Below are positions 8,901-17,952 of a DNA stretch of 64,000 bases, in pieces. The translations under genes and the position numbers were made by a program. Each line of letters begins with the position of its first letter. Position 1 is the stretch's first letter. The DNA comes from Alphaproteobacteria bacterium. Its GTDB lineage: Bacteria > Pseudomonadota > Alphaproteobacteria > CAAHEQ01 > UBA3637. The stretch is from contig SUUS01000004.1 of the NCBI GenBank assembly GCA_015062395.1, positions 18,943 to 82,942 of the forward strand. Reading direction: 5' to 3'. The notes beneath the pieces were generated by a model. It saw only the letters and a program-made list of their open reading frames with translations, searched no databases and was not told the DNA's origin.

Positions 8901-9776
8901 AAAGTTTCCATTACCTTCTATTTTTTTATTTAATTGTTCTGGTAAATCTTTAAAGCCTCGATAAGTTGCTAAAAATGAAGATAGTTTAGGAATGCTAAAT
9001 GTCACATTTCCAGAAATGCTTTGTGTGATGTCACCAATTTTATTGATTGTTCCTTGTGCAACAGAAAAGACTGCGCCACTATCTTGATTAAGTAAATTTA
9101 AAGAAAATTTTGTATCAGATGATAAATTAAGTTGGTCAAGATGTAAATTTGTTTTTAATGGCAATTTATCGATATTGATAAGTCCTTCAAAATCAAAAGG
9201 TCCTGTGACAGATTTGGATTGCAGCAGACCAGATACAACAGTGATTTGGTATTTTTCATTTGTGACGGCATCAGAATAGCTAATGGTCCCGTTTTTTATT
9301 TCCATATTTTTGAATTGAGGGGGAACTTCTTTAAATGTTTGTCCCATCATAGCGTCTTGAGCTTGCAAGGTTTCCTCTGGTTTTAAAAATTTAAAATTCC
9401 AATTGTTTTGTCCTTTTTCATCTCTTTTTAATTGAATTTGAGGCTCTTCCAATGTGAGCTTTTCAACAATTAATGGGTTTTTGAACAATGAAGATAGTTT
9501 TAAATGCGCTTCAATTTTGGCAACTTTAATTATGCCAGCAACATCAGCTGGACCTTCGTTTTTTATGAGGACATCGGATATTTGTATGACTGGAGCAGGC
9601 AACAACTGGAACGAAAAATCGCCATTGATGACCATTTGTTTTCCTGTTAATTCTTTCGCAGATGCGATAATTTGTTCTTTATAAGACGCTTCATCAAAGC
9701 TTTTGTAAAAGAAAAAAGCGACAGTTCCAATTACTAAAATAACAATCGCCATAAACGTTAACAGAAATTTTTTCAT
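5928..9776 (-). CDS. AsmA-family outer-membrane assembly/translocation protein with a long C-terminal coiled-coil extension
   Basis: 1282 aa. N-terminal TM followed by an AsmA-like N-domain (..SFQLLPAPVIQISDVLIKNEGPADVAG..EAHLKLSSLF..). The last ~300 aa are Q/A/E/L-rich heptad-like. GAGGAG RBS. Confidence 0.7.
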   Translation of the reverse strand: MKKFLLTFMAIVILVIGTVAFFFYKSFDEASYKEQIIASAKELTGKQMVINGDFSFQLLPAPVIQISDVLIKNEGPADVAGIIKVAKIEAHLKLSSLFKNPLIVEKLTLEEPQIQLKRDEKGQNNWNFKFLKPEETLQAQDAMMGQTFKEVPPQFKNMEIKNGTISYSDAVTNEKYQITVVSGLLQSKSVTGPFDFEGLINIDKLPLKTNLHLDQLNLSSDTKFSLNLLNQDSGAVFSVAQGTINKIGDITQSISGNVTFSIPKLSSFLATYRGFKDLPEQLNKKIEGNGNFFVSQKEFSISEAAIRYGEDAVENSMSVKLTTLFPEKKDAKSKVSAMLVLSHLNLDTFYPYLPKNESWQNILSIAQNKLPENLDLLVKSSQVSLFKEQIKDFVFSFDKQNENVEIRELKAVLPKATYVSSKGNILLDTTEPTILLTTTIESDSPTQTLSWLDLSYRLDIETTFINKLKASSDIRLRNKDLTFSQLNIGINDASVAGGMAFALTEPKLTGYVNLAIKNMDFDKFVPYTPVAENRSVKLWLSDVKNALEKSVLLKDINVSFSLNGSDITFKSLPMERINYEGKINQKEWITDNLTIDQVALSNLKYTGTVQKKDDGSLQFKDVYVELEMPKSMLLLDRLKIQSPLPANMGNLTLNAKFNGSFDKVNTDMQLSFSQGKITAVGDIENPLKTNTSYSGTLKITHPNFRQFVQMVKPDLQIFPALSGTFTFNGWVSGDASNITFKDSEAVIGPQKITANIQIQKDEMASQIKGNVKTPYLYLDKFMSSKNLNQGVDAKTGKTTFSSNLLNFDDFNGLTINMQLEAEKMALGKLEVSNLKTPIKLEEKILSFNDATAQIADGTVNVNVNLNASGATPYVKGTLKLQKVPVRMDLITLGLFRLKSGTSSLSMNFDASGNSVEDMINSLSSTGSFTVQSGIISNLNLNAFEHRIRATLARQDSLTGMDKQLNKELTFGETAFDILSGNFSISDGVFKTSDTVLKTPNANAMMQINFDLPKWSVNATSAISLKNFAGYPPISVVVKGLAHNPQTNIDLSSFIRYIEGTSNDAKAKLLQDEQTAKAAQARLEAKERINQLAQLVVTAENQIAQTEQLLQTTSTQTALTELVRAKDALVLLRELANKPAPSVADVEKGTAQSALIASRTQSVSDEIKRVALSQLREEIQSIETSAQKTMHAVNRIEQRLKGVEQIDQAYQKAFSTMTLIQQLKTFANTSADIEQIKTAIVQAKDAFEILELTYESISKFDIDVAMPASTEPSSGFQGSIRRN

Positions 9777-9848
9777 TTTTATCTCCTCAAGGTATTTTAT
9801 TTCTTCTTATACTATAACACGATACTTAATTTTTAGTAAAGATTCTTT

Positions 9849-11309
9849 TTAGTTTTTTTTCCATAATTTTGGCAATAATAATACAATAACAGTCATAAAC
9901 TCTAACCGTCCTAAAATCATCGCAAAAGATAAAATCCACTTTGCTGCATCAGGTAAAAGAAAAAAACTTTTATCAGGTCCTATTGTATTTCCTATTCCAG
10001 GACCTACGTTCGCAACAGAAGATAACGCACCTGAAAAAGATGTTGTAAAATCAAGACCTGTTAATGATAAACATAATGTTGTGACAATAGTTGTGGCACA
10101 AAAAATGCTCATAAAAGACATGACGCCCATCCAAACATCTTCTGTGATGGGTTTATTATTATATTTAGGGATGATAACTGCATGGGGTGATATCATTAAA
10201 GTTAAATGTCTTTTTATTGCAGAAGCTAAAATAGAAAATCTAAAGAATTTAATACCTCCAGAAGTTGAACCTGTACAGCTTCCGACAGCAGTAAGAAAAA
10301 CAAAAAAGACAACAAAAAAAGGACCCCAGAGCGTATAATTTTCTGTTACATACCCCGTCGTAGTTATGATAGAAGTAAAGTGAAATGTAAATGTTCTGAT
10401 CGTGTCAAATATATCATTAAATGGTGGCATGAAAATGCGCATACAAACAGGGATAATTGTGCATAATGTAAAACAGGTAAGTAAAAATGTTTTGACTTGT
10501 TCATTTTCTTTGAGTTTAAACCATTTCCCTTCTAAAAATGCGACAATAACAGCCAAAGGTAAACCACCGATTGTCATGAAAAATATCAAAATCCATTCAA
10601 TAAGAGGGGAGTGATAAAATGCAATAGATGTATCGTGAGTGGAAAATCCTCCTGTCGATAGGCAAGTCATCATATGTGCCACAGCATTAAATAAATCCAT
10701 CCCACCAACATATAAAGCCCAAACACATAAGCATGAAACAAATAAATAAGCATAAATATAGCGTTTTAATTTAGAGGCGACAAACGGAGAATCTTTTTCA
10801 GACGAATCAGAACTTTCAGTAGAAAATAATTGCATTCCTCCAATACGTAAAATAGGAAGAATTGTAATGGCTAAAACAATAATTCCAATGCCGCCCAACC
10901 ATTGCAACATTGAACGCCATAGCAAAAAACCTTTGGGCATACTGTCTATATGAGCTAAAATCGTCGAACCCGTTGTTGTTAATCCTGAAACGCTTTCAAA
11001 AAAAACATCTGTTATGGATAAGTCTTGGTCTGAAAAATAGAAAGGGATTGCGCCAATAATGCTTGCTAAAAACCAAATGCAAGAAGTGATGACAAACATT
11101 TCTTTTTTATTAAGTGCTCGGTTCCATTTTCGATAAGATAAAGCACTGATTAAAGCGCCTAAAAATGCAACACCAAAAGCACAGATTAAAAAGTTTTCTC
11201 CGTTTTCTGGTTGTTTTGCAAAAAAATCAACAATCGCAGGGAATGCCATCAGGCTTCCTAAAAAAATACTGATAATACCACAAATAAATAAAAGCAACGA
11301 TATGCGCAT
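9849..11309 (-). CDS. trkH: TrkH/KtrB-family K+ uptake transporter
   Basis: 486 aa polytopic protein. GLTTTGSTIL and GFSTHD selectivity-filter-like motifs. AAGGGGG RBS. Confidence 0.85.
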   Translation of the reverse strand: MRISLLLFICGIISIFLGSLMAFPAIVDFFAKQPENGENFLICAFGVAFLGALISALSYRKWNRALNKKEMFVITSCIWFLASIIGAIPFYFSDQDLSITDVFFESVSGLTTTGSTILAHIDSMPKGFLLWRSMLQWLGGIGIIVLAITILPILRIGGMQLFSTESSDSSEKDSPFVASKLKRYIYAYLFVSCLCVWALYVGGMDLFNAVAHMMTCLSTGGFSTHDTSIAFYHSPLIEWILIFFMTIGGLPLAVIVAFLEGKWFKLKENEQVKTFLLTCFTLCTIIPVCMRIFMPPFNDIFDTIRTFTFHFTSIITTTGYVTENYTLWGPFFVVFFVFLTAVGSCTGSTSGGIKFFRFSILASAIKRHLTLMISPHAVIIPKYNNKPITEDVWMGVMSFMSIFCATTIVTTLCLSLTGLDFTTSFSGALSSVANVGPGIGNTIGPDKSFFLLPDAAKWILSFAMILGRLEFMTVIVLLLPKLWKKN

Positions 11310-11396
11310 AACGCCCCCTTTGTATTTGTATCATAAATTAAAGCTTGAAAAATGCAATAAAAATTTGTATATATATTGTATATAAGGAGTTTTTTT

Positions 11397-12137
11397 ATGA
11401 GCAGATACTTTGATGCGCATGTGCATTTGCAGATGATTTCAGATTTAAATACCGTTATGAATGACGCACAAAGAAAAAATGTCAGCCATTTTATTTGTAA
11501 TTCGACAAGTCCTGCTGATTGGCAACAAGTTCTACAAATTTCAAAAAACTATTCAAATGTTTGTGTTTGTTTCGGTGTTCATCCACACTATGTTCAAGGA
11601 TTGCCAAAAAGTTGGTTTGTTGAATTAGAAAAAATTTTATTAGAAAATCCACACTCAATGATGGGCGAAATTGGTTTGGACAAATTAAAACCTGATTTGG
11701 ATTTGCAAGAAGAAGTTTTAAGGAAACAATTAACACTTGCTTGGAAATTAAATCGTTCTGCGCATATTCACTGTGTCAGAGCGTGGGATAGATTGCTTCA
11801 TGTTTTTAAAAGTCAACGTGAAAAAATGCCTCCAAAACTTTTGATGCATTCTCATCATGGAAATGCAGATTTAATTCCTGTTTTAATAGAAAAATATAAC
11901 GCTTATTTTTCTTATTCAGCGATATTTGTTCCAGAAAATCGTCCAAAAATTAGGGCATGTATGAATGCAACACCTCTAAATCGCATTTTAATTGAAAGTG
12001 ACGCACCAGACCTGACGGCACAACCATCAGATATTGTAGATTTAACAAAAAAGATGAGCGTTATTACAGGTCATAACTTGAATGTATTAAAAAAAGCATT
12101 ATTTAAAAATGCACAGGAGTTTGTAAATGGAAACTAG
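11397..12137 (+). CDS. tatD: TatD-family metal-dependent hydrolase
   Basis: YFDAHVHL..GEIGLD..HCVRAW..ESDAPD motifs. The start was moved to MSRYFD.. because AAGGAG lies 9 nt upstream. Confidence 0.85.
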   Translation: MSRYFDAHVHLQMISDLNTVMNDAQRKNVSHFICNSTSPADWQQVLQISKNYSNVCVCFGVHPHYVQGLPKSWFVELEKILLENPHSMMGEIGLDKLKPDLDLQEEVLRKQLTLAWKLNRSAHIHCVRAWDRLLHVFKSQREKMPPKLLMHSHHGNADLIPVLIEKYNAYFSYSAIFVPENRPKIRACMNATPLNRILIESDAPDLTAQPSDIVDLTKKMSVITGHNLNVLKKALFKNAQEFVNGN

Positions 12138-12819
12138 ATTGATGAGAACAAAGCTTTTACTCGGTGACGAAGGCGTCGCTAAGTTGCAACGTGCAAGGGT
12201 AATGGTCGTTGGATGTGGCGCTGTTGGTTCTTACGCTATAGAGGCTTTGGCAAGAGCAGGAATCGGACATTTGAAATTAGTCGATTTTGATGCCGTTTCT
12301 GTTAGCAATATAAATCGTCAGTTGTTTGCATTGTCTTCAACGGTCGGTAAGAAAAAAATTGACGTGGCAAAAGAAAGAATAAAGGATATATCTTCTGATA
12401 TTTTGGTTGATACTGTTGATGCGTTCTTGGATGAAAAAAATGTGGATAAAATTTTAGAAGATGTTGATTATGTTATCGATGCTATTGATAGCAGAGATTC
12501 TAAAATTGCGTTATATAGAACATGTTTGCAAAAACAAATACCATTTATTTCATCAATGGGCGCGGCATTAAGATTAGATGAAACAAAAATAAAAATTGCA
12601 ACGTTAAAGAAGACATCTGTGTGTCCGTTGGCAGGGATTTTGCGTCAGACGTGTAAGAAAGAAGGTATATCAATGGATTTTCCTGTCGTTTATTCAACTG
12701 AAACACCTATCAAAGCCAGTAATGGTCACAGACAGATGGGTTCTTTATCAACAATTCCAGCTATTTTTGGTTTGATGCTTGCTCATTTTATCATTCAAAA
12801 AATTATTAAATTAAAATAA
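12127..12819 (+). CDS. tcdA: tRNA threonylcarbamoyladenosine dehydratase (ThiF/MoeB-like E1 fold)
   Basis: VMVVGCGAVGSYAIEALARAGIGHLKLVDFDAVSVSNINRQ.. matches TcdA/CsdL. Overlaps the tatD stop. Confidence 0.75.
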   Translation: METRLMRTKLLLGDEGVAKLQRARVMVVGCGAVGSYAIEALARAGIGHLKLVDFDAVSVSNINRQLFALSSTVGKKKIDVAKERIKDISSDILVDTVDAFLDEKNVDKILEDVDYVIDAIDSRDSKIALYRTCLQKQIPFISSMGAALRLDETKIKIATLKKTSVCPLAGILRQTCKKEGISMDFPVVYSTETPIKASNGHRQMGSLSTIPAIFGLMLAHFIIQKIIKLK

Positions 12820-12887
12820 AGCTTAATCCTTGACAAGTTTTAAAATCTGTTTATACTCCTTTTTATAAGAACAAAAAAGGAACGAAT

Positions 12888-15164
12888 ATGACAAATCCAT
12901 TTGATTTTGATGACTTTCAGGAAACCGATTTTGCCGAAGTAAAAACAGTTAAAGAACCAGACTATCTGAAAGGGTTAAATCCAGAACAATATGAAGCCGT
13001 CACAACAACCGAAGGACCTTTGTTGGTTTTATCTGGTGCAGGAACAGGAAAAACAAGGGTATTAACGACGCGTTTGGCTTATATTATAGATCGGCGTTTA
13101 GCAATGCCTTGGCAATGTTTAGCTGTCACATTTACGAATAAAGCATCTAAAGAAATGTCAGAACGTTTGGAAAAAATGATTGGAGCAGATGCTCTTTCTG
13201 TGTGGTTGGGAACGTTCCATAAACTGGGTTTAAGGATGTTGCGACAGCATTATGACATTGTTGATTTACAAAAAGATTTTGTTATTTTGGGGACCGATGA
13301 CAGCGAACGTATTTGCAAACAGTTGATGCAAGCAGATGGTGTTGATATCAAACAATGGACTCCTGCAGGATTAAACGCTGTTATTCAACGTTGGAAGGAC
13401 AGGGGATTATCGCCTTCATCAGTAAGTACAAAAGAAAATAGCTCTTTTTTAAATGGGGGTGCGTTGTCTTATTATCACCGTTATCAAGCCAGATTAAAAG
13501 AATTAAATGCTGTTGATTTTGGTGATTTATTGCTTTTACCTTTGGAAATTTTTAAAATCAGACCAGATATTGCAGCGAAATATCAAAAACAGTTTAAGTA
13601 TATTTTGGTCGATGAGTATCAAGATACAAATGTTGCACAGTATTTATGGTTGCGTTTATTAGCTCAAGGAAGTGGTAATTTATGTTGTGTCGGGGATGAC
13701 GATCAATCTATCTATTCTTGGCGTGGCGCAGAAGTTGAAAATATCTTGCGTTTTCCAAAAGACTTTCCAACAGCTAAAACGATTCGTTTGGAACGCAATT
13801 ATCGTTCTACGACTCATATTTTAGGCGCAGCATCAGCCTTGATTGCAAATAATGAAACTAGATTGGGAAAAACACTTTATGTTGCTCCAGAACGAGATGG
13901 ATCTGGTGATAGGGTTCAGATTAAAGGATATTATAGTGGTTCTGAAGAAGCTGAACGGGTTATTGATACGGTGGAAAATTTAATGCGAACAACACCATTA
14001 TCACAAATGGCTGTTTTGGTTCGGGCAGGTTTTCAAACAAGAGCATTTGAAGAATCTTTGATTAAGGCAGGTATTCCTTACCAAGTTATTGGGGACTTTA
14101 AGTTTTATGAGCGTGAGGAAATTAAAGATGCTGTTGCGTATTTACGCCTGTTGGCTAATCCATCCGATGATTTAGCTTTTATGCGAATTGTAAATAAACC
14201 ACGCAGAGGGTTGGGGGATGCGACTTTACAAAAATTATCGGACACAGCAAGACAAAAGCAAATACCTTTATTAGAGGCTATTGATTGGGCAGAATTGAAG
14301 CCTGCAGTTCGTTCAACATTGACAGAGTTTAAAAAGAATATCATTCGTTGGCGTAGTCGTTTAGAAAATGGCGAGGAACTGTCTGAAGTGACTGAAAAGC
14401 TGTTGGAAGAAAGTGGATATTATACAATGTGGAGAATGGATAAATCTGCAGAGGCGCCTGGTCGTTTAGAAAACTTAAAAGAATTAATTAATGTGATGAG
14501 TGGTGAATTCCAAGATTTAAATATGTTTATCGAACATGCCAGTTTGGTTATGGATACAGAAAATCAAGTTGAGCAGGAATTATTTACAGTGATGACACTA
14601 CATGCATCAAAAGGGTTAGAATTTGATGTTGTTTTCTTACCTGGATGGGAAGAAGAATTATTTCCTCATGCCAAATCAATGGGGGAAGGCGCATTGGCAT
14701 TAGAGGAAGAACGCAGATTGGCTTATGTCGGATTGACCAGAGCCAGAAAAAAAGCTTATATTTCTTTTGCTGCAAATCGCAGAGTTTATGGTAAGTGGCA
14801 AAATGCACAACCTTCTCGATTTATCGATGAACTGCCCGATGAACATATTGAAATGGTTTCTACATTTAATTCGCGTTATTTTGATTACACACCTAAATTT
14901 TCAACTAAACCGAGTTATCAAAAATGGGAAGAAAATGAAGATGAAAATTTAAATGCTTCTTTTTACCAATGGGGAAAAACTTCAGGAAGCATTTATCACG
15001 ATGATGAAAGTGTTGTAAAACGTTCATCGCAAAAAGGTAAGCGTGTTTACCATGAAAAATTTGGTTTCGGCACTGTATGGGGGCAAGATGGTGAAAAACT
15101 GGATATAGCCTTCGACAAACATGGTCGAAAAAAAATTATGGCGCGCTTTGTTTCTGAAACTTAA
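12888..15164 (+). CDS. uvrD: UvrD/Rep/PcrA-family SF1 DNA helicase
   Basis: 758 aa. Motifs GAGTGKTRVLTTRLAYII, VDEYQDTN, TLHASKGLEFDVVFLPG..VGLTRARK. UvrD-type C-terminal tail. Confidence 0.85.
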   Translation: MTNPFDFDDFQETDFAEVKTVKEPDYLKGLNPEQYEAVTTTEGPLLVLSGAGTGKTRVLTTRLAYIIDRRLAMPWQCLAVTFTNKASKEMSERLEKMIGADALSVWLGTFHKLGLRMLRQHYDIVDLQKDFVILGTDDSERICKQLMQADGVDIKQWTPAGLNAVIQRWKDRGLSPSSVSTKENSSFLNGGALSYYHRYQARLKELNAVDFGDLLLLPLEIFKIRPDIAAKYQKQFKYILVDEYQDTNVAQYLWLRLLAQGSGNLCCVGDDDQSIYSWRGAEVENILRFPKDFPTAKTIRLERNYRSTTHILGAASALIANNETRLGKTLYVAPERDGSGDRVQIKGYYSGSEEAERVIDTVENLMRTTPLSQMAVLVRAGFQTRAFEESLIKAGIPYQVIGDFKFYEREEIKDAVAYLRLLANPSDDLAFMRIVNKPRRGLGDATLQKLSDTARQKQIPLLEAIDWAELKPAVRSTLTEFKKNIIRWRSRLENGEELSEVTEKLLEESGYYTMWRMDKSAEAPGRLENLKELINVMSGEFQDLNMFIEHASLVMDTENQVEQELFTVMTLHASKGLEFDVVFLPGWEEELFPHAKSMGEGALALEEERRLAYVGLTRARKKAYISFAANRRVYGKWQNAQPSRFIDELPDEHIEMVSTFNSRYFDYTPKFSTKPSYQKWEENEDENLNASFYQWGKTSGSIYHDDESVVKRSSQKGKRVYHEKFGFGTVWGQDGEKLDIAFDKHGRKKIMARFVSET

Positions 15165-15181
15165 AAAAAAGGAGAAATATT

Positions 15182-15784
15182 ATGAAAAAAATTTTAATTA
15201 ATTTTTTTGTTGTCTTTTTGATTATTATTGCTTTTATGATACCATATTGTATGCGTACGTTAAATCGTGCAACGGTATTAGATGAAAATGCAATTGCTAA
15301 ATGGTCACAAGTCGAAAATAATTATGAACGTCGTTATGATTTAATACCTAATTTGGTCGCAACAGTTAAAGGATATGCATCTCATGAAGAAAAGGTGTTA
15401 ATTGATGTGACAGAAAAAAGAACTTCTATTGGGCAAATTAAATTATCTGCTGATGATTTAAATAATCCAGAAAAAATGGAAGCGTTTAGAAAGGCTCAAA
15501 GTGAATTATCTGGCACATTATCTCGTTTGATGGCCGTTGCTGAAAATTATCCAGATTTGAAAGCTAATGAAAATTTCTTATCGCTACAATCTCAATTGGA
15601 GGGAACTGAAAATAGAATAGCTGTTGCTCGTAAAGATTATATTGAAGCTGTTCGTGAGTATAACCAATTTTTAGGAATGATTCCTCAAAAGTGGATTTTA
15701 TCGATGTTTGGTGATTTTGAAAAAAAATCAGAATATAAAATTGATGAAGCAAAAAAATCCGTTCCAGAAGTGAAGTTTGACTAA
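15182..15784 (+). CDS. lemA: LemA family protein
   Basis: 200 aa with an N-terminal TM. Sequence ..WSQVENNYERRYDLIPNLVATVKGYASHE.. is LemA-typical. Confidence 0.85.
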   Translation: MKKILINFFVVFLIIIAFMIPYCMRTLNRATVLDENAIAKWSQVENNYERRYDLIPNLVATVKGYASHEEKVLIDVTEKRTSIGQIKLSADDLNNPEKMEAFRKAQSELSGTLSRLMAVAENYPDLKANENFLSLQSQLEGTENRIAVARKDYIEAVREYNQFLGMIPQKWILSMFGDFEKKSEYKIDEAKKSVPEVKFD

Positions 15785-15786
15785 TA

Positions 15787-16443
15787 ATGAAACTGAAACG
15801 TTTTTTATTGATTTTATTTTTCTGTTTGTTCGGAATGTCCGTCTACGCGATGGACTTTCCGACATTAACAGGACAGGTAGTTGACGAGGCGGGTATTATC
15901 AATACTAAAACAGAAGAAGAAATTTTATCAATGTTGCGTGAAGGGCAGCAGTTTGTTGTTGTCACATTGAAGGATTTAAGAGGTTATGAAATTGAAGAAT
16001 ACGGGGTGGAATTGGCTCGTCATTGGAAGATTGGAACAAAAGAACATGATGATGGGGTTTTGTTAATTGTTGCTCCAAATGAAAGGCAAGTACGTATCGA
16101 AGTTGGATATGGTTTAGAGGGGGTTTTAACAGATGCCAAGAGTTCAGAAATTATCCGTCATATTTTATTACCTGCGTTTAAAGTGGGGAATTATAATGAT
16201 GGAATTGTTAGGGCTGTTGATGCGATTAATCGAATTATTGCTGGAGAGCAAGTCGATGTTGAAACAGGCGAGTTGAGTTTTTTTGAAGTCATCTTTATGA
16301 TATTCTTTTTTTTGTTCGTTTTGTTTGCAAATCTAACGCCCTCTCATTCAGATGGTTCAGGCGGCGGTGGAGGCTCTCACAGAAGTTCATTTCGTGGTGG
16401 AGGAGGTTCTTTTGGCGGTGGAGGCGCTTCTGGTAGATGGTAA
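15787..16443 (+). CDS. TPM-domain (YgcG-like) protein with a C-terminal TM helix and a Gly-rich FGGGGASGRW tail
   Basis: Signal peptide, a TPM-domain core (..VVTLKDLRGYEIEEYGVELARHWKIGTKEHDDGVLLIVAPNERQVRIEVGYGLEG..), a TM helix, then GGGGGSHRSSFRGGGGSFGGGGASGRW*. Confidence 0.8.
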   Translation: MKLKRFLLILFFCLFGMSVYAMDFPTLTGQVVDEAGIINTKTEEEILSMLREGQQFVVVTLKDLRGYEIEEYGVELARHWKIGTKEHDDGVLLIVAPNERQVRIEVGYGLEGVLTDAKSSEIIRHILLPAFKVGNYNDGIVRAVDAINRIIAGEQVDVETGELSFFEVIFMIFFFLFVLFANLTPSHSDGSGGGGGSHRSSFRGGGGSFGGGGASGRW

Positions 16444-17135
16444 TGCAAGAAACTCTATCTTTACGTGAAAAAATAAAAAAGTATAAAAAAGAAAATAGAA
16501 CTTATTTTTTGGCTCAAGAAAAAACTACAAAAAAGTTAGAGCAAGAACTTTTAAAAAAAGGGAATTATACTCGTTTGTGGTGGAACAGAACAAGTTATTT
16601 TCTGCCACAACAAAAATCATCAGAGGTGGATGATTTTTTATCCGACTTGGGTGGACGGAATTGTGATGCTTTTTCTGTTTCTAGCTTATCTAAAAGAGAT
16701 ATTTGGGTTCTTTTTATATATTATTTAATTTGTATCGGAATTCGAATTTATAGCCAATGGGGTTTGTTACATGATCTTTATTCTGTTGAAAATTCTATAG
16801 GTATTTTATTGTATCGTGTGTCGTTTGAAGCATTGCTTGTTTTGATTTGTTTTTTATTTTTAGGCTTCTTTTTGTTTGCAGTTGTTTTTATTCTATTTTG
16901 TTTTTTTGATGTTATTTTGATATTCGTTTACTTAATTTCCTCTAATAAAAAAAGGCAATATTTAGATGAAAAGTTTTCAGATGAAAATTGTGGTGTCGTT
17001 GTTATGAAAATTTGGTGTTGGATATTTAAATTTATTTTATCTGTTTTGTCATTTTCATATCTTGGTAAACTTTTTTCTTCTTTTAAGGGAGCCAGTGGTT
17101 CTTTTGGTGGAGGAGGCGCTTCTGGTAGATGGTAG
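16437..17135 (+). CDS. Polytopic membrane protein sharing the FGGGGASGRW C-terminal tail (no TPM domain)
   Basis: 232 aa. The ATG lies inside the agATGGta of the previous gene's tail codons. Ends ..GASGSFGGGGASGRW*. Confidence 0.6.
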   Translation: MVMQETLSLREKIKKYKKENRTYFLAQEKTTKKLEQELLKKGNYTRLWWNRTSYFLPQQKSSEVDDFLSDLGGRNCDAFSVSSLSKRDIWVLFIYYLICIGIRIYSQWGLLHDLYSVENSIGILLYRVSFEALLVLICFLFLGFFLFAVVFILFCFFDVILIFVYLISSNKKRQYLDEKFSDENCGVVVMKIWCWIFKFILSVLSFSYLGKLFSSFKGASGSFGGGGASGRW

Positions 17136-17908
17136 ATTTTTTTTGCTTTTTTTTACTTTTTGCTTTAGTCCTTTTTTTATCGTTTAGAAAACAGCATTTT
17201 ACTGTACGTGAAAATATAAAAAGGATATATGGGTCGGATGACGCAAATTTCATCCGTTATCCAAGGCGTTCTTCATCCGTTTTTCAGACAATTTTAAGTA
17301 TTTTTTCTGCTGTTTTAGTTCTTTTTATGTTTTGTTTTTTCTTTTGGTGGCTTATATTTCCATTGGATGCAGTTATTGAGAATAATATTGATAAACTGAT
17401 GCCAATATTTTTGACTATATTCTTTTTCATCTCTTTTCTTGAAACAATAATTTTATATAAGGAAAACGAAGATTTTCAACGGATTATAAAAAAGCTTCTT
17501 TTGTTTTTTTTAATTTATTTTTTGCCGTCGATTTTAATTTGTTTTTTTTCATATTGTTATTATAAAGAAAATATCTTGGATATGGGGATATTCCTTTTCT
17601 TTGTTTTTTCTTTTTTTCTTTGTTTGGCTGTTAATATATCAATATGTGTCAGTGCTTTTTTGGGCATTGTTTTTATTTATGGAATCGGGTATTTTTTTAT
17701 TGTTTTTTATAGCCTTCTTACAGGAAAAAGGATAAATGCGATTAAATGTCCGGCTTTTTCTCATCGTTTTTTTCACAATTTTTGGATGGTTTGTTTTTGG
17801 ATGATGACGTTTTATTACGTATATTGGTTTTTCGGAAAGTTATTAGGGGTATTTCAATCGGGAAAAGGAAATTTCGGTGGGGGAGGCGCTTCTGGTAGAT
17901 GGAAATAA
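17129..17908 (+). CDS. Polytopic membrane protein sharing the FGGGGASGRW(K) C-terminal tail
   Basis: 259 aa with ~6 TM helices. The ATG is embedded in the previous gene's tail. Ends ..GKGNFGGGGASGRWK*. Confidence 0.6.
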   Translation: MVDFFCFFLLFALVLFLSFRKQHFTVRENIKRIYGSDDANFIRYPRRSSSVFQTILSIFSAVLVLFMFCFFFWWLIFPLDAVIENNIDKLMPIFLTIFFFISFLETIILYKENEDFQRIIKKLLLFFLIYFLPSILICFFSYCYYKENILDMGIFLFFVFSFFLCLAVNISICVSAFLGIVFIYGIGYFFIVFYSLLTGKRINAIKCPAFSHRFFHNFWMVCFWMMTFYYVYWFFGKLLGVFQSGKGNFGGGGASGRWK

Positions 17909-17910
17909 AA

Positions 17911-17935
17911 AAGGCAGATTAATCTGCCTTTTTAA
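17911..17935. terminator. Bidirectional rho-independent terminator
   Basis: Hairpin aaggcagatt/aatctgcctt with A/T runs on both sides, between convergent stops at 17908 and 17953. Confidence 0.6.
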
Positions 17936-17952
17936 ATTTATAGAAATAGATG

